Shown here: positions 17,809 to 27,105 of the stretch, piece after piece
Position numbering within the stretch: position 1 is the first letter of the stretch
Layout: each line of letters starts with the position of its first letter
Position numbers and translations under genes: made by a program
The notes under the pieces: generated by a model
What the model was told of the DNA's origin: nothing
Seen by the model: the letters and a program-made list of their open reading frames with translations, nothing else
Databases searched by the model: none
Assembly: GCA_028877205.1 (NCBI GenBank)
Contig: JAPPHY010000007.1
Coordinates: 166,280-230,279, forward strand
From: Chloroflexota bacterium
GTDB taxonomy: Bacteria; Chloroflexota; Dehalococcoidia; Lucifugimonadales; UBA2985
DNA length: 64,000 nt
Direction of reading: 5' to 3'

Positions 17809-18549
17809 ATGCCTCCCAGAGTAGACGTCGTCATTCCGGTCCTGAACGAGGAGCGGGCCCTGCCCATCTGCGTGGATATGCTCCTACGGTTTCTTGGGGA
17901 GTCCTCGCCATACCCGTTCCGCATCGTAATCGCCGACAACGGCTCCACGGATCGGACACCGGAGATAGCCGAAGCGCTCTCGCAAGAGAACTGGCCGCGC
18001 GTGGCCTGGAGCCGGCTGGAGATTCGCGGACGGGGCAGGGCGCTGCGCAAGGCGTGGCTGGAGAGCGACGCTGACATCCTCACCTACATGGATGTGGACC
18101 TCTCCACGGATCTGGCGGCCTTCCCGCCCATGGTCAAGGCCATAGGCGAGGAGGGGTTCGACCTGGCCGTGGGTTCCCGACTCATGAAGGGCTCCAATGT
18201 GAGCAAGCGCACGCTCAAGCGTGAGATCACGTCGCGCTCCTACAACGTGATCATCAAGGCGACGTTTTTCACGCGGTTCTCGGACGCTCAGTGCGGGTTC
18301 AAGGCGATCAGCAGCAGCGCGGCGCAGGCGCTGGTGCCCAAGGTACTGGACCAGGGCTGGTTCTTCGATTCAGAGCTGCTTATCCTTGCGGAGAAGGGCG
18401 GCTACCGGATCAAGGACATCCCCGTGCGCTGGGTAGACGACCCCGATACCCGCGTGCGCGTCGTCAAGACAGCCATCGACGACTTGAAGGGGCTCTACCG
18501 GCTCAGATTCGGGGGCGTTTCCCGCGCGTTGAAGTCGGACGGAGGATAG
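17809..18549 (+). CDS. Family 2 glycosyltransferase (polyprenol-phosphate glycosyltransferase-like)
   Basis: VVIPVLNEE, DNGSTD, YMDVDLS, DAQCGFKA, WFFDSEL. Confidence 0.92.
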   Translation: MPPRVDVVIPVLNEERALPICVDMLLRFLGESSPYPFRIVIADNGSTDRTPEIAEALSQENWPRVAWSRLEIRGRGRALRKAWLESDADILTYMDVDLSTDLAAFPPMVKAIGEEGFDLAVGSRLMKGSNVSKRTLKREITSRSYNVIIKATFFTRFSDAQCGFKAISSSAAQALVPKVLDQGWFFDSELLILAEKGGYRIKDIPVRWVDDPDTRVRVVKTAIDDLKGLYRLRFGGVSRALKSDGG

Positions 18550-18582
18550 GGCGACAGGCGCCTGCCGCCGCCAGCCCGCTCC

Positions 18583-19458
18583 TTGCGCCCGATGCTGCTC
18601 TACGGCGTGGTGGCAACCGGCGTGGCCGCCGTGTCCTGCGCCGCCGTGCTCATACGCCTCGCCGATGCGCCCGCACTGGCGATCGCTGCCTACCGGCTCG
18701 GCTTGGCCAGCCTGGTGGTGGCGCCGCTGGCAGTCTCGCGTGACTGGCGAGGCCTCCGCTCGCTGACCTTCACGCAGGCGCTGTGGTGCCTGGCGTCAGC
18801 GCTTGCGCTTGCCGTCCACTTCGCAGCCTGGATTGCCTCGCTAGAGCACACCTCGGTTGCCAGCTCGGTGGTGCTGGTGACCACAAGCCCACTGCTCATC
18901 GCCGCGGTCTCATACGTGGCCTACCGGGAGCGGCTGACTGCGCCGCTTGCCGGCGGCATCGCGCTTGGCCTCGTGGGCAGCTTGGTTCTCGCGCTGGGAG
19001 ATAGGGCCGCCGGAGAGCGAGAGCTCTTCGGCGACCTGCTGGCGCTCATCGGGGCAGTGGGCTCCGCGGCCTACTTCCTCATCGGCAGGCGGGTGAGAAG
19101 GCAGATGTCGAATGTCAGCTACATTGGCATCGTCTATCCGGCTTGTGCCGTTGCGCTGCTGGCTGCGGTAGCGGCCACCGGCACCTCGATGACCGGCTAC
19201 GGCGCGTTCACCTTCGCGATGATCGCGCTGATTGCGCTGGGGCCTCAGCTGCTGGGTCATTCGTCGCTCAACTGGGCGCTGGGCCACATGAGCGCGACGC
19301 TTGTGGCGGTGGCGGTCATGGCGGAGCCCGTGGGGGCGACGATTCTCGCATGGCTTGTGCTCGGCGAGGCGCCGCCTTCGACCAGCGTAGCGGGCGGCGG
19401 ACTGGTGCTGGCGGGCGTGTACCTGGCGTTTCGGAGGCCGGCAGCTTCTGCACCCTAA
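18583..19458 (+). CDS. DMT/EamA family transporter
   Basis: About 10 TM segments, SLEHTSVASS, GHSSLNWAL, EPVGA. Confidence 0.9.
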   Translation: MRPMLLYGVVATGVAAVSCAAVLIRLADAPALAIAAYRLGLASLVVAPLAVSRDWRGLRSLTFTQALWCLASALALAVHFAAWIASLEHTSVASSVVLVTTSPLLIAAVSYVAYRERLTAPLAGGIALGLVGSLVLALGDRAAGERELFGDLLALIGAVGSAAYFLIGRRVRRQMSNVSYIGIVYPACAVALLAAVAATGTSMTGYGAFTFAMIALIALGPQLLGHSSLNWALGHMSATLVAVAVMAEPVGATILAWLVLGEAPPSTSVAGGGLVLAGVYLAFRRPAASAP

Positions 19459-19536
19459 TTCTCTTCGATATTCTCGAATTGCATCAGTCCCGCGCTTTGC
19501 CCCTGCGCCCTCCAGCGGCTACAATGGAGCCCAGCT

Positions 19537-19944
19537 ATGCTCTACCTGGATCCGAAGTACGCCGAGGAGATGGTGGCTCACGCCTTGGAGGATGACCCCA
19601 ACGAGTGCTGTGGCATTCTCGCGGGCAGCGACGGCGAGATTCACAACCTGTACCGCATGGTCAACGTCGAGGCGAGCCCGTACCGCTACCGCATGGACCC
19701 CAAGGAACTCCTCAACGTCTACCGTGAGATCGACGACCGGGGCTGGGAGATCATCGCCATCTACCACTCGCACACCCACTCGGAGGCCTACCCTTCCGCG
19801 ACCGATGTGCGGCTCGCCACGTGGCCGGAAGCGTTCTACATCCTCATCTCACTCCTCCAGCGTGACAACCCACCCATTCGGGCCTTCCGAATCGAGGGAG
19901 GCGATGTCACTGAGGAAGAGGTGTGCGTTGGCGAGCAGGAGTGA
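19537..19944 (+). CDS. M67/JAMM metallopeptidase (Mec-like)
   Basis: PNECCGIL..IYHSHTHSEAYPSATD JAMM motif. Confidence 0.9.
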   Translation: MLYLDPKYAEEMVAHALEDDPNECCGILAGSDGEIHNLYRMVNVEASPYRYRMDPKELLNVYREIDDRGWEIIAIYHSHTHSEAYPSATDVRLATWPEAFYILISLLQRDNPPIRAFRIEGGDVTEEEVCVGEQE

Positions 19945-19990
19945 CTTCAACGCATAGTCCGTATGAACCCTGAGCCGGGAGGAACCCGAA

Positions 19991-21277
19991 TTGACTTTCC
20001 CCAACGCCAATCTGTTCCCTTACACCGCCGAGGTGGACGTCCGCGGTCGGCTGTCGCTGGGCGGATGCGACGCCATTGAGCTGGCGGCCGAGTTCGGCAC
20101 GCCGCTCTACGTGTTCGACGAGGACACGCTGCGCGGGAAGTGCCGCGAGTTCGTGGACGGCTTCAAGTCACGGTACCGGAACAGCTCCGTTATCTACGCC
20201 TGCAAGGCCTTCATCAACGTGGCGCTGGCCCAGCTGTTACTCGACGAAGGCCTGGGACTGGACGTGGTGTCCGGCGGCGAGCTTGCGGTCGCTCTGCGCG
20301 CCGGCTTCCCGCCAGAGCGGATCTACTTCCATGGTAACAACAAGAGCCGCGATGAGCTGGCGATGGCGCTCGACTGCGGTATCGGCCGCGTGGTGGTCGA
20401 CAACTTCCACGAGATGTCGCTGCTCGCGGAGCTGGCTTCCGAGCGGGGCGTCGTCCAGGACATCACACTCCGCGTCTCGCCCGGCGTGGATCCGCACACT
20501 CACGTCTACACGACGACGGGAGTCCTGGACAGCAAGTTCGGGTTCGCGATCCAGACCGGCGACGCGCAGAAAGCCGTTGAAAGCGCCTCTGGAGAGAGTG
20601 GATTGAGGCTGGTGGGTGTTCACTTTCACCTGGGGTCGCCCATATTCGAGCTTGAGCCGTACACCCGCGCAATGGAGATCTCGCTGGAGTTCGCCTCGAT
20701 GGTCGGGCTGCCACTGGCGGAGATCAGCCCCGGCGGCGGTTTCGCCATAGCCTACACGAGAGACCAGGAGCCGCCGCCGGTCGAGGCGTACGCGGAGGCC
20801 ATCTCCGCGCCTCTGCCCTCGGAGGGCGGCCCGCACCTTGTGGTGGAGCCGGGCCGAGCCATCGTCGGACGGGCCGGCGTGGCGCTGTACAGCGCCGGCG
20901 CAGTGAAGGACGTTCCGGGAGTCCGGCGGTACGTGTCGGTGGACGGCGGCATGGGCGATAACATACGCCCGGCGCTCTACCAGGCTCAGTACGAGGCCGT
21001 CATCGCCAACAAGATGGTGGATGAGGAGTGGGAGGCCGTATCAGTGGCCGGAAAGTTCTGCGAATCAGGCGACGTGCTGCTTCGCGACGTGCTCATCCCG
21101 CGGCTGGAGCCGGGCGACATCCTGGCCGTTCCGGCGTCCGGCGCCTACGCACCCGCCATGGCCAGCAACTACAACCTCGTGCCCAGGCCGGCGATCGTCA
21201 TGGTCAAGGACGGGCGCGCCAGGCTCATCCGTCGCCGCGAGACGTACGAAGACCTCATGCGGCACGACGTAGTCTGA
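19991..21277 (+). CDS. lysA: Diaminopimelate decarboxylase
   Basis: YACKAF PLP lysine, DVVSGGEL, HFHLGS, EPGRAIV, CESGD. Confidence 0.95.
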   Translation: MTFPNANLFPYTAEVDVRGRLSLGGCDAIELAAEFGTPLYVFDEDTLRGKCREFVDGFKSRYRNSSVIYACKAFINVALAQLLLDEGLGLDVVSGGELAVALRAGFPPERIYFHGNNKSRDELAMALDCGIGRVVVDNFHEMSLLAELASERGVVQDITLRVSPGVDPHTHVYTTTGVLDSKFGFAIQTGDAQKAVESASGESGLRLVGVHFHLGSPIFELEPYTRAMEISLEFASMVGLPLAEISPGGGFAIAYTRDQEPPPVEAYAEAISAPLPSEGGPHLVVEPGRAIVGRAGVALYSAGAVKDVPGVRRYVSVDGGMGDNIRPALYQAQYEAVIANKMVDEEWEAVSVAGKFCESGDVLLRDVLIPRLEPGDILAVPASGAYAPAMASNYNLVPRPAIVMVKDGRARLIRRRETYEDLMRHDVV

Positions 21278-21304
21278 GAGCGCTTGCAGGCTGACTGCCG
21301 GACC

Positions 21305-22336
21305 ATGTGGCGAATCGCGGGTCACGATGAAGCTGTCACCCTCCTCTCCAGGAGCCTGGAGAAGGAGAAGCTGTCTCACGCATACCTGTTCGCGGGGCCG
21401 CCCAGGGTGGGCAAGGCCACGCTTGCGATGATCCTGGCCCAAGGCGTCAACTGCCTCGCGGACACTGGCGAGCGGCCCTGCGGTGAGTGCTCCCAGTGTC
21501 TGCGCATCGCGGCAGGGCAGCACCCGGACGTGCAGGTCGTCGACCTTGCATCCGCCCAGTCGCCGACGAGGAGAGAGATCGGCATTGACCAGGTGAGAGA
21601 GGTGCAGCGCGCCGCGGCGCTCAAGCCGTTCGAGGGGCGCCGCCGCGTGTTCATATTCCCGGATGCGCCGTCCCTCAGCACAGAGGCGTCCAATGCCCTC
21701 CTCAAGCTGCTGGAGGAGCCTCCCGACTCCGTGCTCCTGCTGCTTCTGACCACGCAGGCGGACGCCATACTGCCCACAATCCGGTCGCGATGCCAGCTTG
21801 TGGAGCTAGGCCGCCTGCCGGTGGAGGCCATCGCAGAAGAGCTCACTCGGTCCCGCGGCGTGGCGCAGGACGAGGCAGAGTCTCTTGCAAGGCTGTCGGG
21901 CGGCAGCATCGGCTGGGCGATGGAGGCCTCCGCGCGCCCCGAGGTTCTGCAGGAGTACACAGAGGAGCTGGAGCGCGTGGCCGCGCTGCTCGGCGAGGGT
22001 CTTGAGGGTCGGTTCGCCTGGGCCGAGGAGACGGCGAGCCTTTACGCCAGAGACCGCGAGCGGGCGTTGCTGCGGCTCAGGACTGCACTGGGCTGGTGGC
22101 GCGACCTGCTGGCGCTGAAGGAGGGCGGCGACGCGCTGGTGTCGAACACGCCGGCGCTGGAGTCGATGCGGCGTCACGCTGGGTGGGTCGCGTCGTCCCA
22201 GGCCGTCGAGGCCGTCGGCCGTATCCGGGAGGCCATCAGCCACCTGGAGGCCAACGTCAACCCAAGGCTTGCGCTGGAGGTGATGGTGCTCGGGTTGCCC
22301 CGCGGCGCCGCGCAGGCGGAGAGGAAGGCGGTCTGA
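21305..22336 (+). CDS. holB: DNA polymerase III subunit delta'
   Basis: HAYLFAGP..GK, CGECSQC Zn finger, HPD, NALLKLLEEPP, TIRSRC. Confidence 0.93.
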   Translation: MWRIAGHDEAVTLLSRSLEKEKLSHAYLFAGPPRVGKATLAMILAQGVNCLADTGERPCGECSQCLRIAAGQHPDVQVVDLASAQSPTRREIGIDQVREVQRAAALKPFEGRRRVFIFPDAPSLSTEASNALLKLLEEPPDSVLLLLLTTQADAILPTIRSRCQLVELGRLPVEAIAEELTRSRGVAQDEAESLARLSGGSIGWAMEASARPEVLQEYTEELERVAALLGEGLEGRFAWAEETASLYARDRERALLRLRTALGWWRDLLALKEGGDALVSNTPALESMRRHAGWVASSQAVEAVGRIREAISHLEANVNPRLALEVMVLGLPRGAAQAERKAV

Positions 22337-22564
22337 GTGACGAGACTGGTAGGCGTAAGGCTTCCGTCCGAGCACCGGGTCCGATACCTGGACGCGGGTG
22401 ACCACGACGTGGCCCTTCTGGACCGCGTGGAGGTGGAGACGGAGCGAGGCGTGGAAACTGGGCAGGTCGTGATTGGCCCGGAGCAGGTAGTCTACAGCGA
22501 GGTGCGAGGCCCCTTCGGGAGCGTGATCAGGAAGCTGGCCCCGGACTCGCCGGATGGGGTTTAG
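22337..22564 (+). CDS. Short PSP1/RicT(YaaT) N-terminal-like protein
   Basis: LVGVR..YLD..VEVETERGVETGQV..VIR; abuts holB as yaaT normally does. Confidence 0.65.
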   Translation: MTRLVGVRLPSEHRVRYLDAGDHDVALLDRVEVETERGVETGQVVIGPEQVVYSEVRGPFGSVIRKLAPDSPDGV

Positions 22565-23114
22565 CCGCCCTGCCGCCTGCGATTGGACGGAGCTCGGTCA
22601 GCCACGGCACAAAGCTCAGCCACTCCTCCCGAATTGGCCCGTGCGCAAAGATGGAGTAGGGGTTCGGCTTCGGGGGAAGGATCTCGCCGGGGAGGTGCAT
22701 GCCCGCTTCCTGCGGAGTGCGTCCCGCCTTCCGGTGGTTGCACGATATGCAGGCGCTGACCACGTTCTCCCACGTGTGCGCTCCGCCCCTGTACCGCGGA
22801 ATCACGTGGTCGAGCGTGAGCTGTCGCGTCTCGCGGCCGCAGTACAGGCACGTGTAGTTGTCGCGCAGGAACACCTCTCGCCGTGAGAGGCGGCGCTGGA
22901 GCAAGGGCCTTCGAATCAGGTACACGAGCCTGATCACGGACGGGATGGCGAAAGACGCCGCGGTAGTGTGGACCTCGCCGCGGCCGTTCTGCAGCAGCTC
23001 CGCCTTGCCCACGTCTAGCAGGACGATGGCGCGGCGGACGGTGCACACGTTGAGCGGCTGGTAGTTCTGGTTCAGCACGAGGACCGGCGCGCCGATGATC
23101 GATGATACTCTCAA
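22527..23114 (-). CDS. HNH endonuclease (McrA-like)
   Basis: VLVLNQNYQPL, RDNYTCLYCG..LTLDHVIPR..GG..WENVVSACISCNHRK. Confidence 0.92.
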   Translation of the reverse strand: MRVSSIIGAPVLVLNQNYQPLNVCTVRRAIVLLDVGKAELLQNGRGEVHTTAASFAIPSVIRLVYLIRRPLLQRRLSRREVFLRDNYTCLYCGRETRQLTLDHVIPRYRGGAHTWENVVSACISCNHRKAGRTPQEAGMHLPGEILPPKPNPYSIFAHGPIREEWLSFVPWLTELRPIAGGRAAKPHPASPGPAS

Positions 23115-23725
23115 GACCCCTCCCGGTTCCCGCCGTCTATCTGTGCCTCCAGGATGTCGAGAGCCACGTCGAAGTCGTCCGGCACGAAGCCCATCGCGTC
23201 GCCCGGAACCGAGCGGCGCGCCTCCAGGTAGACGGGAACCAGCGCCGACTCCGTCAGCGAGTCGTTGAGCCCCGTCTGGAGTTCGGTCCTGTCTATGCCC
23301 TCCAGGTCCATCGCTTCGATCTCCTTTGGCAGATCGCTGGCCAACCTGGCCATCATGGCGACCGAGCCGCCCGTCAGCGCAAGTCCCAGCACGAGTCCAA
23401 GGGCTGCCCCGCCGAGATTGTCCACCCATTTGACGGAAACGGCTTTCATTATCTTGTGGAAAGGCGCCTTGATAGTCTCTCTGAGCGCCTGCACTGCCAG
23501 GAACACGATGGTCGTTATGACGGCGTAGGAGATGACCGTTGCCAGCGTGTCGCTGAACAGCGAGTCGGTGAACAGCTCCGAGACGTCGTCGCTCAGGTGG
23601 CCGGCTACGAATACGCCTGCGGCCGCGCCTCCCGCGAGGAAGGCGGCGTTGAAGAGCCCGGTCCTCCAACCCAGCAGAACGCTGATACCCAGCAGGAATA
23701 GGATGGCTATGTCAAGCCAGTTCAA
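23111..23725 (-). CDS. CvpA (colicin V production) family membrane protein
   Basis: MNWLDIAI..GWRTGL..VDNLGGAALGLVLG. Confidence 0.85.
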   Translation of the reverse strand: MNWLDIAILFLLGISVLLGWRTGLFNAAFLAGGAAAGVFVAGHLSDDVSELFTDSLFSDTLATVISYAVITTIVFLAVQALRETIKAPFHKIMKAVSVKWVDNLGGAALGLVLGLALTGGSVAMMARLASDLPKEIEAMDLEGIDRTELQTGLNDSLTESALVPVYLEARRSVPGDAMGFVPDDFDVALDILEAQIDGGNREGS

Positions 23726-23857
23726 CTATGCACCATGCCGAAAATGGCGCTGACTTCAGGAACATAGCACAGTGTAGCACACGGCAATTGCATGGGCAAA
23801 GCTGAGTGAGAGGGCGCGCGTCGCGCCTTTCGCTCTGCAGACTAATGCGGTACTTCC

Positions 23858-23930
23858 GGCCCCCATCCTGACCTTCCCCCGTGAGCGGGGGAAGGGATTA
23901 TTGCTGTTCGGCGGTCTCCGCCAGAATGAC
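23858..23930. repeat. Intergenic hairpin repeats (CCTTCCCCC..GGGGGAAGGG and ..CAGAATGAC types)
   Basis: CCTTCCCCCG-TGAG-CGGGGGAAGG hairpin; TTCGGCGG..CCGCCAGAATGAC resembles 28914-28950. Confidence 0.5.
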
Positions 23931-23963
23931 GGGCAGGTTGGTTGGTGACGGGAAGGCTGCTTG

Positions 23964-24809
23964 CTACTCCCGGAGGGCCTCGATAACCCTCTGCGCCGCC
24001 GCGTAGTCGCGCCGCCCGCCTGACAGGATCGGAGGCACCAGGTAGATGCGGCTGTGCCCCCCGGCGATGAGCCGGCGCCCCATCTCGGCTGCTATCTCCT
24101 CGCCGGGGCGTCCCGCATCAAGCTGCCTTCGCACGTTCTCAGGCACAGCGCTGAATGACAGGCCACCCTGCGCCGGTACCTGCAGCCCCACGAACAGCGG
24201 GCATGGCAGCTCTTCACCGGCGACGTCGCGGTAGCATGACAGGAACTCCGCCAATGGCTCGAGATCGAAGACCGGCTGCGTGACCAGGAAGTCCGCCCCG
24301 GCAGTCACCTTGTCGTGCGCCAGCGAAGCCTCCTTCCTGACGTCACGGCCGGGATCCGCTACAGTGCCCACGCAGAACGACGTTGGCGACCGCAGCCGCA
24401 GCCCCCGGTAGTCGACGGCGCGGTTCATGTCCTTGATTGTCCTGATGAGTCCCGTGGGCCGAAAACTGTCCGCTTCGCGTGCCTCCTGAGGAACGTCTCC
24501 TGCTAGCACGATCACGTTTTCGAGGCCCAGCAGCGCAGCGCCCAGCAGGTGGGATTGCACGGTCAGGCGGTTCATGTCCCTTGTGGCGATTGTGAACACC
24601 ACATCTTTGCCGAAACGCTGCCTGATGGCGTGTGCGGTCATGGCGGAGTTGGCGCGGACGGAACGGCCGGGGCTGTGGGCCACGGACAGGAAATCAGCGT
24701 CCACTAGGCGGGCGCCGTCGAGCAGGGCCGGGTCGGACCCGCGCGGCGGCGAGAAGTCGCAGATGAACACCGGGCCGTCCGAGGCGGTGCACTCGGACAC
24801 CCTGTTCAC
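23964..24809 (-). CDS. Methylenetetrahydrofolate reductase (MetF)-like flavoprotein, divergent
   Basis: SPPRG, TRDMNRL..QSHLLGA..LGLENVIVLAGD, KVTAGADFLVTQPVFD. Confidence 0.8.
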   Translation of the reverse strand: MNRVSECTASDGPVFICDFSPPRGSDPALLDGARLVDADFLSVAHSPGRSVRANSAMTAHAIRQRFGKDVVFTIATRDMNRLTVQSHLLGAALLGLENVIVLAGDVPQEAREADSFRPTGLIRTIKDMNRAVDYRGLRLRSPTSFCVGTVADPGRDVRKEASLAHDKVTAGADFLVTQPVFDLEPLAEFLSCYRDVAGEELPCPLFVGLQVPAQGGLSFSAVPENVRRQLDAGRPGEEIAAEMGRRLIAGGHSRIYLVPPILSGGRRDYAAAQRVIEALRE

Positions 24810-24896
24810 AGCAGGCTCCGGGTCGCAGCTTGTGCGGTATTCATCGCGACAATTCTACAGGCGGCCGCGCGGTGAGCACAATGCAGGGGGGGCGTC

Positions 24897-25018
24897 CCTT
24901 CATGCTTTGACAAGCTCAGCACGAACTGGGTTGACGTAGCCCGCTCTTCCCCGAATCAAGTGCGGAGCCTGCGCCGTACTCGATACGGGGCAGGCTCCGA
25001 GCTGTCGAAGGGCGGGCG
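24897..25018. repeat. Cluster of REP-like palindromes including a nested element
   Basis: CTTTGACAAGCTCAGCACGAAC and GAGCTGTCGAAGGGCGGGC cores, with inserted ATCAAGTGCGG / CCGTACTCGATACGG units. Confidence 0.7.
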
Positions 25019-25023
25019 ACCGC

Positions 25024-25052
25024 TTTACAGCCGCCGACAGGGGCCTTACAAT
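25024..25052 (+). promoter_or_regulatory. greA operon promoter
   Basis: TTTACA-N17-TACAAT. Confidence 0.65.
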
Positions 25053-25063
25053 AGCACCCAGTT

Positions 25064-25095
25064 GAGGGGAACCCGAGGTTCCTCTCTCAGTTTTT
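25064..25095 (+). terminator. Leader terminator/attenuator upstream of greA
   Basis: Stem GAGGGGAACC-CGA-GGTTCCTCTC then TCAGTTTTT, between promoter and RBS. Confidence 0.5.
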
Positions 25096-25113
25096 GTGTT
25101 GTGGAGGGGCGCC

Positions 25114-25584
25114 GTGCCAGGGAGAGAGAGCTACCTCACCAGGGAGGGGCTGACCAGGTTGGAGGCGGAGCTTGACGAGCTGCGCACGGTCCGGCGGCAG
25201 CGTGTCGCGGAGCGGATTCAGAAGGCCACGGAGCTGGGCGGCACGGTAGACAACGCGGAGTACGACGACTCCAAGAACGAACAGGCCTTCGTGGAGGGGC
25301 GCATCCTCACACTGGAGCGCATCACCGGCAGCGCGATCATCATTGGCGAAGAGACCGCGCTTTCCGGTGAGGTGAAGATGGGCGGCCGCGTAACACTGCT
25401 CAACCAGAACGGCAACGAGGAGGAGTACACCATTGTGGGCAGCCCGGAGGCGGACCCGGCCCAGGGCCGCATTTCCAACGAGTCCCCGGTGGGCAAGGCA
25501 CTCCTGAACAAGCGCGTCGGCGATGAGGTGCAGGTCAAGACCCCCGCCGGCACGGTTACACTGACCATCTCGAGCATCAGCTAA
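25114..25584 (+). CDS. greA: Transcription elongation factor GreA
   Basis: YLTREG..LEAEL, NAEYDDSKNEQAFVEGRI, EADPAQGRISNESPVGKALL. Confidence 0.92.
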   Translation: MPGRESYLTREGLTRLEAELDELRTVRRQRVAERIQKATELGGTVDNAEYDDSKNEQAFVEGRILTLERITGSAIIIGEETALSGEVKMGGRVTLLNQNGNEEEYTIVGSPEADPAQGRISNESPVGKALLNKRVGDEVQVKTPAGTVTLTISSIS

Positions 25585-25610
25585 TCGTCGATCGGGATAC
25601 ACCACGCGCC

Positions 25611-27098
25611 ATGGTCGGACAAGGCGGAGACCTCCTTCTCAGCCGTCGGGAAAAGCTGCGACGCCTGAGAAGCAGAGGTACGGAGCCGTTTCCAAACACC
25701 TACCGACGCACCCATACCATCAGGGACGCGATCGATTGCTTCCACGCGATTGAGCGCGAAGTGGGGTCGCAGGCACGCACGGAGGCCGTGTCTCTTGCGG
25801 GACGCGTCGTGTCGATAAGAGGCATGGGAAGGGCCACGTTCTTGAACATCCAGGACGCCACAGGGGACGTTCAGATACACCTGCGCCGGGACATCCTGCA
25901 GGACGAGTACGAGCTTGCCCGCGACCTGGACCTGGGCGACTTTCTGGGCGCCCGCGGGCCTCTCTTTCTCACGCGCACCGGAGAGGTCACGCTGGAAGCG
26001 GCCGAGGCGTCCATCCTGGCGAAGTCCATGAGGCCGCCGCCTGAGAAGTGGCACGGGCTGTCGGACGTGGAGATTCGCCACCGGCAGAGATACCTGGACC
26101 TCATAGCCAGCCCTGAAGTGCGAGAGGGCTTCCGGCTGCGGAGCACAATCGTCGGGGCTGTGCGCTGCTTTCTGGAGGGCCGCGGATTCATCGAGGTCGA
26201 GACGCCCATACTGGTGCCCGTCGCCGCCGGCGCAATGGCCCAGCCGTTCGCCACGCACCACAACGCCCTCGACCGCGACCTGTACCTTCGCATAGCCACG
26301 GAGCTATACCTCAAGCGCCTCATAGTCGGCGGCATGGACAAGGTGTTCGAGATAGGCCGCGTGTTCCGTAACGAGGGCATAGACCAGGACCACAACCCTG
26401 AGTTCACGCTGCTGGAGAGCTACGAGGCCTACGCCGACTACAACGACGTGATGGAAATGGTAGAGCAGATGGTGTCAAGCGTTGCCCTGGAGGCGCTGGG
26501 AACCACCGTCATTCCCTTCGGCGAGGAGACGATTGACTTCACGCCTCCGTGGCGCAGGGTCAGCCTGCGGGAGGAGACGCTGCGCTGCACGGGTATCGAC
26601 TTCCAGCAGTACCCGGACGCCGCCGCACTCGCCGAGGCGATGAGCGCCAAGGGCATTCACGTAGAGGGACGCAGCAGCCGCGGGAGGCTCATAGACAAGC
26701 TGGTGTCGACGGGCGTGGAACCGCAGCTGGTGCAGCCCACGTTCCTCACCGAGTACCCAGTGGAGATGTCGCCGCTCGCCAAGCAGAAGCCGGGAGACCC
26801 GTCCCTGGTGGAGCGCTTTGAAGGGTTCGCCGGCGGCATGGAGATCGCGAACGCCTTCAGCGAGCTGAACGACCCGGACGAACAGCGCAGCCGCTTCATG
26901 GAGCAGGAGGAGCTGCGCAGAACCACCAACGCGGAGGAGGACACGGACCGCCTTGACGAGGACTTCCTGCTGGCGCTTGAGCACGGTATGCCTCCTACAG
27001 GAGGACTGGGTATGGGCATCGACCGGCTGGTCATGCTGCTCACCGGGAAGCCGTCTATACGAGAGGTCGTCCTGTTTCCGCAGTTGAAGGAGAGGTAG
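25611..27098 (+). CDS. lysS: Lysine--tRNA ligase (class II)
   Basis: RQRYLDL, YLRIATELYLKRLIVGG, FRNEG, GMPPTGGLGMGIDRL. Confidence 0.97.
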   Translation: MVGQGGDLLLSRREKLRRLRSRGTEPFPNTYRRTHTIRDAIDCFHAIEREVGSQARTEAVSLAGRVVSIRGMGRATFLNIQDATGDVQIHLRRDILQDEYELARDLDLGDFLGARGPLFLTRTGEVTLEAAEASILAKSMRPPPEKWHGLSDVEIRHRQRYLDLIASPEVREGFRLRSTIVGAVRCFLEGRGFIEVETPILVPVAAGAMAQPFATHHNALDRDLYLRIATELYLKRLIVGGMDKVFEIGRVFRNEGIDQDHNPEFTLLESYEAYADYNDVMEMVEQMVSSVALEALGTTVIPFGEETIDFTPPWRRVSLREETLRCTGIDFQQYPDAAALAEAMSAKGIHVEGRSSRGRLIDKLVSTGVEPQLVQPTFLTEYPVEMSPLAKQKPGDPSLVERFEGFAGGMEIANAFSELNDPDEQRSRFMEQEELRRTTNAEEDTDRLDEDFLLALEHGMPPTGGLGMGIDRLVMLLTGKPSIREVVLFPQLKER

Positions 27099-27105
27099 CC
27101 GGAAC

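Noticed and set aside
22527-23669. 380-aa HNH fusion protein or mobile homing endonuclease
   Set aside because: The upstream part is an alternate frame of the CvpA gene; the true HNH is a common stand-alone type with no intron or element ends.
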